Source: an uncultured virus (IMG/VR IMGVR_UViG_3300027303_000001) (taxonomy: Duplodnaviria > Heunggongvirae > Uroviricota > Caudoviricetes). From it: a DNA stretch of 64,000 nt. A program made the translations under genes and the position numbers. Shown one piece after another: positions 1 through 10,047 of this stretch. The stretch is from the IMG/VR virus record IMGVR_UViG_3300027303_000001. One strand, 5' to 3'. Positions within the stretch are counted from its first letter, which is position 1. Every line of letters begins with the position of its first letter. The notes beneath the pieces are model-generated. The model made no database searches and was not told the origin of the DNA. It worked only from the letters and a program-made list of their open reading frames with translations.

Positions 1-2
1 CT

Positions 3-332
3 CAAGGCTTCGAGCAGCCGGCCAAACGTGCTCGGGCGTCGCGGGCCAAGCCCAAAGCGGAAAAGAGTGTGGAAGACATCCCGCGCGAGGCCAACGAGAA
101 GATGTATAAGGTGGCCCTGCACGACAGCAAGGAGATCCCACCGAACGGCCAGATGATTGGCGTCAACGGCAAGCAGTATTTCATGAAGCCCGGCGTGGTA
201 TACAATGTGCCGAAGACGGTCCTTGAAGTGCTGAACCATGCGATCCATGGCCTGCCCGACGTCGACGAGAACATGCAGGTCGTTGGCGTACGCCAAGCCC
301 CGCGTCTGCCGTACACATTGCATCCGGACTAA
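3..332 (+). CDS. Hypothetical virion-region protein, probably truncated by the window start
   Basis: The frame is open from position 3 to TAA at 332. In circular order it follows the major capsid gene. Confidence 0.6.
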   Translation, partial: QGFEQPAKRARASRAKPKAEKSVEDIPREANEKMYKVALHDSKEIPPNGQMIGVNGKQYFMKPGVVYNVPKTVLEVLNHAIHGLPDVDENMQVVGVRQAPRLPYTLHPD

Positions 333-335
333 GCC

Positions 336-1079
336 ATGAAACTCAAGGAAATGCTGGAAGAACTGCGCGAGAACATGCTGCGTGACGAGTCCGACCAGAT
401 TTCCCCAGGCGACCACGTTTCGATGTGGTCGCAGGCTACCTTGGTCCGCTATATCAACGACGCGCAGAACCGATTTTGTATCGGCACCAAGTTTCTGCGC
501 GACGAGTCTACCCCCGAGATCTGCAACATTGTGCTGGTAGCCGGGCAGGAGAGCTACGCTCTTGACCCCCGCGTCATTGACGTGTTCGGTGTCAGCCACG
601 GCGTCCGCCGCTTGCGGCGCGGTACCTACGGCGCGCTGTTCAATCGGTCCGGCGACCAGGCCGTCAGCTCCATGTTCTGCGACAACGATCTGGTGCGGTG
701 GCAGGAGCAACCGGACAACTACCCGACCCTCTTTTACACCGACCGGGAGACGCAGAAGATCGGCGTTTACCCGCGTCCGGGGTTCAAGTCCGATGGTCAG
801 GTGTTGAGGCTGCGCGTGGCTCGACGTCCGCTCAAACCGTTGGAGCTGTCCAACCTCGACGCCTCCCCCGAGCTGCCGGAAGACCACCACATGGATCTGC
901 TGGACTGGGCCGCGTGGCGGTGTCTGCGCAACCACGACGTGGATACTGAAAACCTGCCCAAGGCCAGCACGCACAAGAAGCGGTTCGAGGACGCGATGGT
1001 TGAAGTGTCGCGAGAGATGAAAAAGATGCAGACCGACGACGTACAGTTCGATCTGCACAACAACTGGAGCAACTGCTAA
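336..1079 (+). CDS. Putative head-tail adaptor/connector protein
   Basis: 247 aa with LVRYINDAQNRF, L-V-A-G-Q-E-S-Y and IGVYPRP segments typical of podophage adaptors. Position after the capsid genes fits. Confidence 0.6.
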   Translation: MKLKEMLEELRENMLRDESDQISPGDHVSMWSQATLVRYINDAQNRFCIGTKFLRDESTPEICNIVLVAGQESYALDPRVIDVFGVSHGVRRLRRGTYGALFNRSGDQAVSSMFCDNDLVRWQEQPDNYPTLFYTDRETQKIGVYPRPGFKSDGQVLRLRVARRPLKPLELSNLDASPELPEDHHMDLLDWAAWRCLRNHDVDTENLPKASTHKKRFEDAMVEVSREMKKMQTDDVQFDLHNNWSNC

Positions 1080-2491
1080 TGGCCCTTGTGTACGACCCGA
1101 AGACCGGCCGGTACATCGATGACGGCGCGCGTGCGGCGGCTATGCAAGCGCAGCTCAGCCAACCTGTTGTGGGTCCTCGCGGCGTCGTCGCCCTTCGCGA
1201 TCCGAACGCAGGTTTGCCTGCCGCTACGCAGACTCCGATTCCTGGAGTACCAGCGTACGCGCAGACCCAGCTTCCGCTCGATCCCGGTACCCCCGAGCAA
1301 CAAGCTATGCAGGGCGCTATCCCCCAAGGGTTGGGCGGGGTGATCCAAACTGCGGTTGGCGGGGTGGCTGCTATCCCTGCGCTCGGTTTCGACGCTGCTC
1401 GACGCGGGCTGACCTCGCTGGCTGGCGGTGATCCGAATACCCTGCCCGGTGGACAGAGCCCTTTGTCTGACGCTGCTTTCAGTATGCTTAACCAAGGTTT
1501 GGACAATGTCACTGGCGCAGCAGGCGCTATCCAGAGCGGGCTCCAGTCAGGCTTGCGCGGTGCTCTCGGCGTTCAACCGGCACCAGCTCAGGCAGTAGCC
1601 GATGTTGCACCTGTTCAGCAGCCCGTGGCCGTTGCTCAATCTGTTGCCCCGACGCCTGTTCAGCAGCCCGTTGCTGTCGCTCAACCCGTACAGGTTGCTC
1701 CGGCGGCCGTAGCTCCGGTACCGACTGAAACTACACCGGTGAACGTGCAGGGCCTTCCCGACCGCACTGGTTTCACCGGAGGTGGCTTCGGCACCGACGC
1801 AGGCGGTAACCAGCTCAGTGCTTCGCAGTATCTGGCACAGAAGAAAGTCGAGGACCAGCAGTTCGTGGCGCAGCGTCAGAGTGCGTACGACGCCCTGGCT
1901 CTCCAGCAAGGCCGATCTCGCCTCGAGGACGCACGCGGCGACCCCGTCAAGTACCGTCAGGTTTTGGCCGAACAGCGCATGCTGGAAGGCGAGATCGCAG
2001 GCCAGTCCGCCCAGCGTAACGATATGGCTAAAGCCCGGGCCACCAACGCCGCTCAGCTCGGGTTGGCCGGGCTCAATAACACAGCGGCTGCTCAGCGGCA
2101 GCTATCTGCGAACGCCGCCGAGATCCAGAAGGCTACGCAGGTGGCAAACTTGACCGGTCAGTACGGACTGCAAGGGGCGCAGATCAAGGCTGCTGCAACC
2201 AACGCTAAAACAGCGGCTACGCTGGGCGGTCCTGCCGCGCTTCTGGCTCGAGCCCAAGTGCAGTCTTTGGCGGAGCGGCAGTCGGCGGCGCGGGCGCGAT
2301 TTGAGCAAACCGGTGACTTGGCTGCTTACGTCGCTGACCTCAAGGACGGGCAGGAACCGGCGGCTCCGAAAAATCCTTTCGGCGTGGACGCCCTGACTGG
2401 GTTACCCTTCACCCAACAATCAGCTGGACTTGCGGAAGCTATCCGCCTACAACAGCTGCAAGAACAACTGCGGAAATCACAGACAAAGTAG
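1079..2491 (+). CDS. Putative internal virion (ejection) protein
   Basis: 470 aa, Ala/Gln/Gly-rich and helical, with a Pro/Val/Gln linker. Coupled to the upstream gene by TAATG. Confidence 0.55.
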   Translation: MALVYDPKTGRYIDDGARAAAMQAQLSQPVVGPRGVVALRDPNAGLPAATQTPIPGVPAYAQTQLPLDPGTPEQQAMQGAIPQGLGGVIQTAVGGVAAIPALGFDAARRGLTSLAGGDPNTLPGGQSPLSDAAFSMLNQGLDNVTGAAGAIQSGLQSGLRGALGVQPAPAQAVADVAPVQQPVAVAQSVAPTPVQQPVAVAQPVQVAPAAVAPVPTETTPVNVQGLPDRTGFTGGGFGTDAGGNQLSASQYLAQKKVEDQQFVAQRQSAYDALALQQGRSRLEDARGDPVKYRQVLAEQRMLEGEIAGQSAQRNDMAKARATNAAQLGLAGLNNTAAAQRQLSANAAEIQKATQVANLTGQYGLQGAQIKAAATNAKTAATLGGPAALLARAQVQSLAERQSAARARFEQTGDLAAYVADLKDGQEPAAPKNPFGVDALTGLPFTQQSAGLAEAIRLQQLQEQLRKSQTK

Positions 2492-2502
2492 GATAATCAG
2501 GC

Positions 2503-5500
2503 ATGCCGGGCGAAGCTCTCTCGCAAGACGTTATCAATCGCGCGCTGGAGCTTCAGCGGATCGCTCAGGCAGCCAAGGCCGCTCAAGCACCCGCCGCGCT
2601 CCCGGTAGCACCCGCGGCTGTGCCGTCTCGCACCATGGGCGACGTCGCGGCAGACACCGGGCTCGGCTTGCTCCAAGGTGCCGTAGGCCTCGGTCAGTCC
2701 GTCTACGGCATCACCAACGCCGCGACCTTGGGCGGTCTGGACGCGCTAACTGGGTTCTCCGAGAACTTCCAGCAGACGAACCAGATCCTCAACGCTGCCA
2801 AGTCTCCCGCGCTGCAAGCCAAGCAACAGCAGGCGCAGGACGCCTTTACCAACGACGGTATTGCAGCCGGTCTGGGTACCTACCTCAGTAACCCGAGTCT
2901 GCTCGGCGATGCACTGGCGACCAACGCGCCTTCCCTTCTGCCTGCTGCTGGCTTCGCTCGCGCCGCGGGGGCGATAGGAGAAGCGAACGCTGTGGCTCGT
3001 GGCTTGACTGCGGCCGAGACTGCTGCGGCGTCATCGCACGCCGCGGAGCGCGCTGTTCTCGCTACAACTGCTCTCCAAACAGGAGGCAGCACCAACGTCG
3101 ATGCGACGAACGCTATCCGTGACGCAGGTGGCAGCACCCTCGAGCAGGCAGCCGGTGGCGTCGGCGCGGGTATCCTCTCTGGTGTAGCCGCAGGCGCTAT
3201 TGGCAAACTCACCGGCGCGGCCAAGTTCCAAGGTGGGGTGTTCAACGCACTGCCTGGCGGCGCTGGGTCAGCCGTACCTGGCACGGGGATCGTTCGCGGC
3301 GCTCTCGGCGGTGCGGCCAAAGAAGGTACCGAGGAATACTTCCAGAGCGGCACGCAACAACTATCGCAAAACGCAGTGACGCCGGACACGCCCCTGTTCG
3401 AGGGGGTCGCGCAGCAGTCGGCTGTAGGTGGGTTGATCGGCGGGCTGCTGGGTGGCGTGTTGGGCGGCGGCGCAGGTGCGGTGAACCCGCGTGATCTTCC
3501 GCCGGTTCGTAGTGCTACGCCGCTACGGGACATGATCGGCAGTATGCTCGGCCGCAGTAATCAGCAAGCGGGCGACCCGCTCAAGGCCAGCCCGTTGGCA
3601 GACCAAGGCGAGGCGTTGCTGCCGGTTGAGAACATCAACCTGGACGCGGTACCGACACCTGACGAGACGGTAAACCTCGCGGATACGCCGCTGCCTGGCC
3701 AGGCCGAGTCCGACACGATCCATCTGGACGCTGTACCGCTGCCAGAGGACAACATCAATCTGGCTGATACGCCGTTGCCAGAGGACAACATCGACCTCGA
3801 CGCGGTGCCGCTGCCCCCAGATATCGGTACGTTGGGGAGCAATACAGATCTGTTCGGCGGGCCTTTGCCGGCCGCCGGCGCTGTTCCGGCCGAGCAAGTG
3901 GACGCTCCAGCGGCCGGAACAGCCGTGGCTGCTGATAACCAGGGGCGTCTGGACTTCGTTGAGCCCGGTACCGGGTGGAAGTCATTTCTGGCTCGAGACC
4001 TCGGCATCAAACCTCAAAGCTTGCGTGGCAAAGCATGGGACGACTTCACGCGACTGACCGAAGGGGTCAACCCAAGCGATCCTGGCGCGAGTCAGCTGCT
4101 GGCAACAATCGCCCCGCAGCTAGGCGATCCCGCCTCGGCTCCGCTGTTCGCGGCAAAGCTGGCCGAGAAGTACGCTCCGGTGCAGCAGACGGCTGACCCG
4201 CTGGCGCCTGTGGCTACGCCGTTGGTAGCTCCAGTCGCACCTGTCGCGACGCAGAGCGCCCCGACGCCGGCGAAGCTTGACGCGCAGATCGACGAAGCCG
4301 CTAAAGACCCAGCACCAAACCCCATTCGTGAAGTGGCTGTAGAGCAGGGTGTTATCACCCCTTCGGCTGCGATCGCCGACCCGGTGACTCGCCAAGCAGC
4401 CGTGCTCAACCAAGCGATGGGCGAAACGCGGCAACAGAACGGTTCGGTGCCGGGCTCCACCCCATTGGATCTGGTAGCCCAGCCCATCGGTATCGACGCG
4501 CACATCGTCAAGCACACCAAGCTGGACCCGAGCGCCACGATCAACGAGGCGACTGTCGATGCGTTCTCCGACCTGATGGCCGACGCCACTTCCACCGAAG
4601 CGTTGGACGAAACGTTCATGGCGATCAAGAACCACCCGAGCTGGAGGTTGCTCAATAGTGCACAACAAACGGACGTGGCAGAGGAATTCAACGTTCGCTA
4701 CGCGCGTGTCGATGGCGGTGATCCGGGCAAGTTTCAGCGTGGCCCTGCCGTCGCTACGCCCATCGGAGTACAGGACTTCCAGAACCTTGTTGCCACTGCC
4801 AACACGAACGGCAACGCGAACACCGCGCAGGTTATCCCGCTGGAGAGCGTGGAGGACTTCCAGGCGCTGACAGGCCAGGCCGCACCGCAGGACGCCCGAG
4901 GCGTGTTCAGCGATGGCAAGGTGTACCTGATTCGCCAGAACATCGGCTCCCCCCGTGACCTGGCCATCACCCTGGCGCACGAACAGGGGCACAACGGCCT
5001 CGACAAGCTGCTGGGTGATCGTCTGGCGTCGGTGACCAATCGGTTGTGGACCAACGCCTCCCTGCGTCCGCAGATTAAGGCGAAGATGGATACCGGCCTG
5101 AGCCGATCCGTGGCTGCCGAGGAAGTGCTGGCCGACATGCTCGCAGGCGGGCAGAAGGTCAACGGCGACGTTCTCTCCAAGGCGCGCAACGCCATCGAAG
5201 CGGGTATGGCCAAGCTGATCGGTATCAGCGATCTGCGCATGGACAACAAGGAAGTTGACGCGCTGTTACGCGACGTTGCTCGAGTAAACCGCGGCGTGGC
5301 ACCGGCCGCCATCGACAGGGCTGCGCCACACCTGCAAGGGCTGGTCAACATGCTGGCTGATCCGCAGCAGGGCATGGCTGGCGACGCTCGATTCTCCCGC
5401 GCGCTGGGTGACCTCGACCGCATTATCAGCGACGCCGAGAGCGACGGCCCCGGGGCCAAGCGCAGCATGAACGACATCGCCAAGGATGCCGGTACTGCGT

Positions 5501-8247
5501 CGCTGACCTACCTGAAGGATGTCGGTAACCAGTTCAAGACTGGCGGCGCCTTCGGTTCGTTGCTCAGTGCTGTGCCGTTGAACCAGATCGAGAGCCTATA
5601 CCACAAAATCCTGCCGGGCCTGACGGCGTTCGTTAAGCTCAAAGATCAAAAAGAGGCCACCACCAACCGCCTGCTGACCCAGCCGGAAACGTTGCGCTAC
5701 CGCGACGAGACCACGGACCACAAGATCTCGTCGGTGGACCTGACCAAAGAGTGGGAGAAGTTTAAGCGCACCGCCCCTGCCAAGGCCGAAGCGCTGGACA
5801 ACCTCAACCAGTACGCGACGCTGTACCGCCTGCACCCCGAGGAATCGTTCGAGAAGCAGTCGAAGATCAACTACGACGAGACCAGCTTCACCGAAGCCGA
5901 GCGCAAGGAAGCTCACGAACAGGTGCGCAAGCTGTACCGCGCCGCTGGCGAGGAAGGTCAGGCGATCTTCAAGAAGGCGCAGGCGTCGTACAGCTACACC
6001 TGGAATCGCCGGTTTACTGAACTCCAGAAAATGCTGGCGCGGACCACAGGCCACGCTGTTGGCTCCCCGGAGTTTGCCCGCGCGTTCGGCAACAACATCA
6101 ACAGCGCGCTGGGCAAGATCAAGAACGGCGCGTATTCGCCTCTGCAACGCTACGGCGACTATCTGGTCAGCGTACGCGGCGCGGATGGCAGTCTGCTGTC
6201 GTTCGAAGGCTTCGACACCAAAGCGCTGGCCGACGCTCGAGCAAAGCAACTGGCCGCTGACCCGCAGAACGCGGGCAACGCAGTGAACCAGACCCTGCGC
6301 ACCAGCCACGACTGGCAGCGCGACGGCATCAACCCGCAGACGATTGCGCAGCTCGAGTCGGTAGCCGATGGCATCCTGCCGGGCGATGACCGGGCCAACC
6401 TGCGTAAAGAGGTTCGCGAGGCGCTGGTGGAAGCCTACCTGACCAACCTTCCGCAGCAAGCGTTCCTCACAAGCGCCAACAAGCGTAAGGGGATCGCCGG
6501 ATTCACTACCGACACCCTGCGGGCGTACAGCGACTACAGCATGAAAGCGGCCCGCTCCATCGCGAGCCTCGAGTTCGACGACCAGATCGCCAGCAAGATG
6601 CAGGAGATGCAGGTCTCGGTGACCGATCAGGCGCGCACCGCCGGCGCCACAGACACCACCAAGGCGCAGCGGGTGCTCGAGGCGGTCAAGGCCCAGCATC
6701 AAGCCTCACAGGACTTCGGCCGCAGCCCCACGGCGGATCTGCTGACCCAAGGTGGCTTCGTGTTCTTCATGACGTCGCCGAGCCAGTTCTTCGTCAACAG
6801 CATGCAGACCGCCATGGTTACGCTGCCGCGGCTCGCCGGTACCTACGGCAGCGGTCAAGCCCTGCGCGGCATCAAGTCTGCGATGGGTGCGCTGGTCAAG
6901 TCCAAGGGCGACATGCTCGGTAAGGGCTCGAGCCTCGACCCGAACAGCAACGAGTACAAGATCATGGAGGAGATGCGTGTCCGTGGCGACCTGAACGCCA
7001 CCTACGCACACGATGTGGCTGGACTGGCTCGAGGCGAAGCAGGGGCGATGTCAGGCCACTGGCGCACCGCCATGGAGATCACCGGCTACGCGATGCACAA
7101 GTCCGAGCAGATCAACCGTCAAATCGTCTCACTGGCAACGGCCCGGCTGGAGCTGGACAAGCGTGCGGCCGCCGGCAAGTCTGGCCCGCTGAACGAAGCC
7201 GAGCTGGCCTCTATCGCCGACACCACCAAGCGGGCGATCGACACCACGCAGTTCAACTACGCCCAGTATAACAAGCCGACTCTGATGCAGGGACCGTGGC
7301 GTAAAGCGATATTCCAGTTCCAACAGTACCGGCTGAACATGCTGGCCATGATCTCCAAGGATATCCGCGACGGGTTCATCGCCAAGGACGCCACCCCCGA
7401 GGAGAAGAAGACCGCGCGCCGCGCCCTGGCATGGCAGCTCGGTACCCAGCTGGCGTTGACTGGTGCTGCCGGTACCGTCCTGGCCCCGCTGGTGTTTGGC
7501 ATCATGGACATGTTCCGCGACGACGACGATCTGCTGGACTCGCGTACCGAGTTCCTGCGCGCGTACCCACAGTGGTTGACCCACGGTCTGCTGTCTGGCG
7601 CTGTGGATCTGGAGCGGGTTGGCTCAGACGGTTTGATCCCGATTTTGGGCGACCGTAAGTACGCTCCGACCAACGGCAAACCGGCGGATACGTTCAACTA
7701 TTACGTCATGCAGAACATCGGTCCATGGGCCGGCCTGCTGGGCGGGGCGTACAGCGGCGCCACCAAGTTCATGGAAGGCGACATGGTTGGCGCCACGAAA
7801 GGGCTGCTGCCGGCGCCGATTCGCGACTTCTACAAGTCCACGTACGAGGCGGCGTCTGGCGCCAAGGATTCGCGTCAGATCGTCTACTACGAGCCAGGCG
7901 TTTGGGACACCGTGCTCGGCGCAGCGGGCCTGCGCAGCGGGGAGCGCAAGGAAGCCGAGGAACTTCGAGGGGCCGGCTACCAAGCCAACGCGACGGCGCA
8001 AACCCTGCGTCAGCGCTACCTCGGCCAGCTGGCTGTGGGCCATGCGCTGGGCGATCAGGATCTGGCTGACAAGTCGCGGGAAGCGATTCAAGAGTTCAAC
8101 ACGCGGTACCCGGATCTGGCGATCAGAGGCTCTGATATCAAACGGGCAGTGGTCAACCGTATCCGTTCGCAGAGCAACGCTGACCAGTTCGGAGTGGCGA
8201 GTGGCCGTGCGCCATCGCAATCTATACTCGAAGCGATTGGTAAGTGA
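2503..8247 (+). CDS. Large internal virion/DNA-ejection (polyvalent-type) protein
   Basis: 1914 aa with Gly/Ala-rich N-terminal helices, an HEQGH zincin-like motif and a YSPLQRYGDY (PLxRFG-like) motif. Confidence 0.7.
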   Translation: MPGEALSQDVINRALELQRIAQAAKAAQAPAALPVAPAAVPSRTMGDVAADTGLGLLQGAVGLGQSVYGITNAATLGGLDALTGFSENFQQTNQILNAAKSPALQAKQQQAQDAFTNDGIAAGLGTYLSNPSLLGDALATNAPSLLPAAGFARAAGAIGEANAVARGLTAAETAAASSHAAERAVLATTALQTGGSTNVDATNAIRDAGGSTLEQAAGGVGAGILSGVAAGAIGKLTGAAKFQGGVFNALPGGAGSAVPGTGIVRGALGGAAKEGTEEYFQSGTQQLSQNAVTPDTPLFEGVAQQSAVGGLIGGLLGGVLGGGAGAVNPRDLPPVRSATPLRDMIGSMLGRSNQQAGDPLKASPLADQGEALLPVENINLDAVPTPDETVNLADTPLPGQAESDTIHLDAVPLPEDNINLADTPLPEDNIDLDAVPLPPDIGTLGSNTDLFGGPLPAAGAVPAEQVDAPAAGTAVAADNQGRLDFVEPGTGWKSFLARDLGIKPQSLRGKAWDDFTRLTEGVNPSDPGASQLLATIAPQLGDPASAPLFAAKLAEKYAPVQQTADPLAPVATPLVAPVAPVATQSAPTPAKLDAQIDEAAKDPAPNPIREVAVEQGVITPSAAIADPVTRQAAVLNQAMGETRQQNGSVPGSTPLDLVAQPIGIDAHIVKHTKLDPSATINEATVDAFSDLMADATSTEALDETFMAIKNHPSWRLLNSAQQTDVAEEFNVRYARVDGGDPGKFQRGPAVATPIGVQDFQNLVATANTNGNANTAQVIPLESVEDFQALTGQAAPQDARGVFSDGKVYLIRQNIGSPRDLAITLAHEQGHNGLDKLLGDRLASVTNRLWTNASLRPQIKAKMDTGLSRSVAAEEVLADMLAGGQKVNGDVLSKARNAIEAGMAKLIGISDLRMDNKEVDALLRDVARVNRGVAPAAIDRAAPHLQGLVNMLADPQQGMAGDARFSRALGDLDRIISDAESDGPGAKRSMNDIAKDAGTASLTYLKDVGNQFKTGGAFGSLLSAVPLNQIESLYHKILPGLTAFVKLKDQKEATTNRLLTQPETLRYRDETTDHKISSVDLTKEWEKFKRTAPAKAEALDNLNQYATLYRLHPEESFEKQSKINYDETSFTEAERKEAHEQVRKLYRAAGEEGQAIFKKAQASYSYTWNRRFTELQKMLARTTGHAVGSPEFARAFGNNINSALGKIKNGAYSPLQRYGDYLVSVRGADGSLLSFEGFDTKALADARAKQLAADPQNAGNAVNQTLRTSHDWQRDGINPQTIAQLESVADGILPGDDRANLRKEVREALVEAYLTNLPQQAFLTSANKRKGIAGFTTDTLRAYSDYSMKAARSIASLEFDDQIASKMQEMQVSVTDQARTAGATDTTKAQRVLEAVKAQHQASQDFGRSPTADLLTQGGFVFFMTSPSQFFVNSMQTAMVTLPRLAGTYGSGQALRGIKSAMGALVKSKGDMLGKGSSLDPNSNEYKIMEEMRVRGDLNATYAHDVAGLARGEAGAMSGHWRTAMEITGYAMHKSEQINRQIVSLATARLELDKRAAAGKSGPLNEAELASIADTTKRAIDTTQFNYAQYNKPTLMQGPWRKAIFQFQQYRLNMLAMISKDIRDGFIAKDATPEEKKTARRALAWQLGTQLALTGAAGTVLAPLVFGIMDMFRDDDDLLDSRTEFLRAYPQWLTHGLLSGAVDLERVGSDGLIPILGDRKYAPTNGKPADTFNYYVMQNIGPWAGLLGGAYSGATKFMEGDMVGATKGLLPAPIRDFYKSTYEAASGAKDSRQIVYYEPGVWDTVLGAAGLRSGERKEAEELRGAGYQANATAQTLRQRYLGQLAVGHALGDQDLADKSREAIQEFNTRYPDLAIRGSDIKRAVVNRIRSQSNADQFGVASGRAPSQSILEAIGK
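3625..3825 (+). repeat. Five degenerate ~12-aa repeats in the large virion protein
   Basis: ENINLDAVPTPD / ETVNLADTPLPG / DTIHLDAVPLPE / DNINLADTPLPE / DNIDLDAVPLPP. Confidence 0.8.
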
Positions 8248-8283
8248 TAGCATCGCACCATACCCAACCGGAGTTGTCACACC

Positions 8284-8598
8284 ATGGAGCATTTCTTGCG
8301 CGAAGCGCTGGACTGGATCAAGCTGGGCATGCTCGCCATGTTCGGCGGCGCTGCCAGTTACGTGTACATCATGGTTGTGAAGAACCGCCGGTTCCACTGG
8401 ATGACCTTCACAGCTAACCTTTTCATAGCGTTTTTTGTGGGCAAGGCGATGGGCGGATTTATCCCGACAGACACAGTCAACGCCACAGGGTGGGTGATGA
8501 TGTTGGGATTTTGCGCATATCCTGTACTGGGTGTGGCCGAAGCTAAGGTCTTGAAGTACCTGGATAATCGCATTGCCCCCGGGAGCGATACTCCATGA
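8284..8598 (+). CDS. Holin
   Basis: 104 aa with three hydrophobic segments and GG-x-A-x-Y near the N-terminus. First gene of the lysis cassette. Confidence 0.7.
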   Translation: MEHFLREALDWIKLGMLAMFGGAASYVYIMVVKNRRFHWMTFTANLFIAFFVGKAMGGFIPTDTVNATGWVMMLGFCAYPVLGVAEAKVLKYLDNRIAPGSDTP

Positions 8599-8906
8599 GC
8601 GTAATAATCGGCTTCACCATCTTCCTCTACATCGTTGTTGCCTACCGCGGTTACCAGTTCTTTGTGCGCCCGGGCGGGTGCCCAGACCGAGACAAGTCGA
8701 CCGTGGCGTCCCTTGTGGCCTTGAGCCTGATGGCCATCGTTGCGCACGTCATGGTGTGGGGCGCGTCGCCATGGGAGATTCACGGCGGCATCTACGGTAA
8801 CTCGCTTCTGATGGCGTTCAGCTTTTCCAACGCGATGTTCTACGCTGCCCACATCGAAGCCCTGACGGAGCGAAAAGAATGCCCGACATCCCAGTTAAAT
8901 TCCTGA
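8595..8906 (+). CDS. Membrane protein (possible antiholin or second holin)
   Basis: 103 aa with about three hydrophobic segments. ATGA overlap with the holin. Confidence 0.5.
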   Translation: MSVIIGFTIFLYIVVAYRGYQFFVRPGGCPDRDKSTVASLVALSLMAIVAHVMVWGASPWEIHGGIYGNSLLMAFSFSNAMFYAAHIEALTERKECPTSQLNS

Positions 8907-9343
8907 TCGCTCTGGCAGTCGCCGCCGGTCTGGCATGGAGTGGCTGGGAAGTCCGCAGCGTCGTAGCTGATCGTGATGCGGCGAAGGTGCAGCTCGAGCT
9001 GGACGCCGCCAACCTCGCCACGGCCGACGCGCAGGAAGCGCTTCGCCGTAAGCGCAACAGCATCACCGAGGCGTCTTCCGCCAAGCAGGACGTTGTGCAG
9101 GGCAAACAACAGGTCATCACCCAGACCGTTACCAAAGAGGTTATTAAGTATGTGCAGAATCCTGCTCATGGCAAGTGTGCTATGCCTGATGATTGGGTGT
9201 GCACCTACAACAAAAGCCTCGGCTTGCCCTGCACCGGCGGACTTCCCGCAGCCGGATCCACGCCTGCTGACGCCAGTCCAGCCGTACCAAGCGGCAACGT
9301 CGGGTCTCGATACAGCCTTGTTGCCCATAGCATCGATGAATAA
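8879..9343 (+). CDS. Inner-membrane spanin (Rz-like)
   Basis: N-terminal TM helix (FLIALAVAAGLAWSGWEV), a coiled coil, TKEVIKYV, and C-terminal Cys residues. Confidence 0.7.
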   Translation: MPDIPVKFLIALAVAAGLAWSGWEVRSVVADRDAAKVQLELDAANLATADAQEALRRKRNSITEASSAKQDVVQGKQQVITQTVTKEVIKYVQNPAHGKCAMPDDWVCTYNKSLGLPCTGGLPAAGSTPADASPAVPSGNVGSRYSLVAHSIDE

Positions 9344-9461
9344 CGATATCGCGCGTCGCTGCGCGGTGGACTTCACAAACCTGCAATCGTGGGTCAAGGA
9401 CCAGATAAATGAAAATCAACGCGACCCAGTTCAAGACGCTGTTCCCAAAAGCCGACCCTAA
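9150..9461 (+). CDS. Outer-membrane spanin lipoprotein (Rz1-like), overlapping Rz
   Basis: AGAGG RBS, then MCRILLMASVLCLMIG|C as a lipobox-like signal and a Pro-rich mature part. Lies in a shifted frame inside Rz. Confidence 0.65.
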   Translation: MCRILLMASVLCLMIGCAPTTKASACPAPADFPQPDPRLLTPVQPYQAATSGLDTALLPIASMNNDIARRCAVDFTNLQSWVKDQINENQRDPVQDAVPKSRP

Positions 9462-10047
9462 GCTGCTCGAACCTCTCAACTTCACCATGAACCGCTACGA
9501 CGTGAGTTCGGTTACCCGTGCCCGAGCGTTCCTGGCGCAGGTGGGCGTCGAGTCCCAGGGCCTGACCCGGTTCGTGGAAAGCCTCTACTACACTGACGCC
9601 GAGCGGGCCGCAAAGTTGTTCCGCACCGCCTTCGACACCAACAACGACAAGGTTATCAGCGCGTCCGAGATCGAGTTCGCCAAGGGCTACCTGCGCAGCA
9701 GCGAGAAGATGGCCAACCGAGCCTACGCTAATCGCATGGGGAATGGTTCCGAGGCATCCGGCGACGGGTTCAAATACCGCGGGCGCGGGCTGATCATGGT
9801 TACCGGCAAGAACAACTACCGCGCCGCGGGTATCCGCATGGCGCTGGACCTGCTGACTAAACCGGAACTCCTTGAGGCTCCCGACGGCGCTTGTTTCTCG
9901 GCGGGTGATTTCTGGAGCTTCAATGGGTGCAACAGCCTGGCGGACAGCGGCGACTTCGATCGGATCACCAAGGTCATCAACGTCGGCATGGCCGCAGCCC
10001 AGGAACGCCGCGACCTGTGGGTCAAGGCGCAGGTCGTGATTCAGTGA
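9409..10047 (+). CDS. Endolysin, glycoside hydrolase family 19
   Basis: AFLAQVGVES, YANRMGNG, GDGFKYRGRGLIMVTGKNNY and ITKVIN motifs. Confidence 0.9.
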   Translation: MKINATQFKTLFPKADPKLLEPLNFTMNRYDVSSVTRARAFLAQVGVESQGLTRFVESLYYTDAERAAKLFRTAFDTNNDKVISASEIEFAKGYLRSSEKMANRAYANRMGNGSEASGDGFKYRGRGLIMVTGKNNYRAAGIRMALDLLTKPELLEAPDGACFSAGDFWSFNGCNSLADSGDFDRITKVINVGMAAAQERRDLWVKAQVVIQ

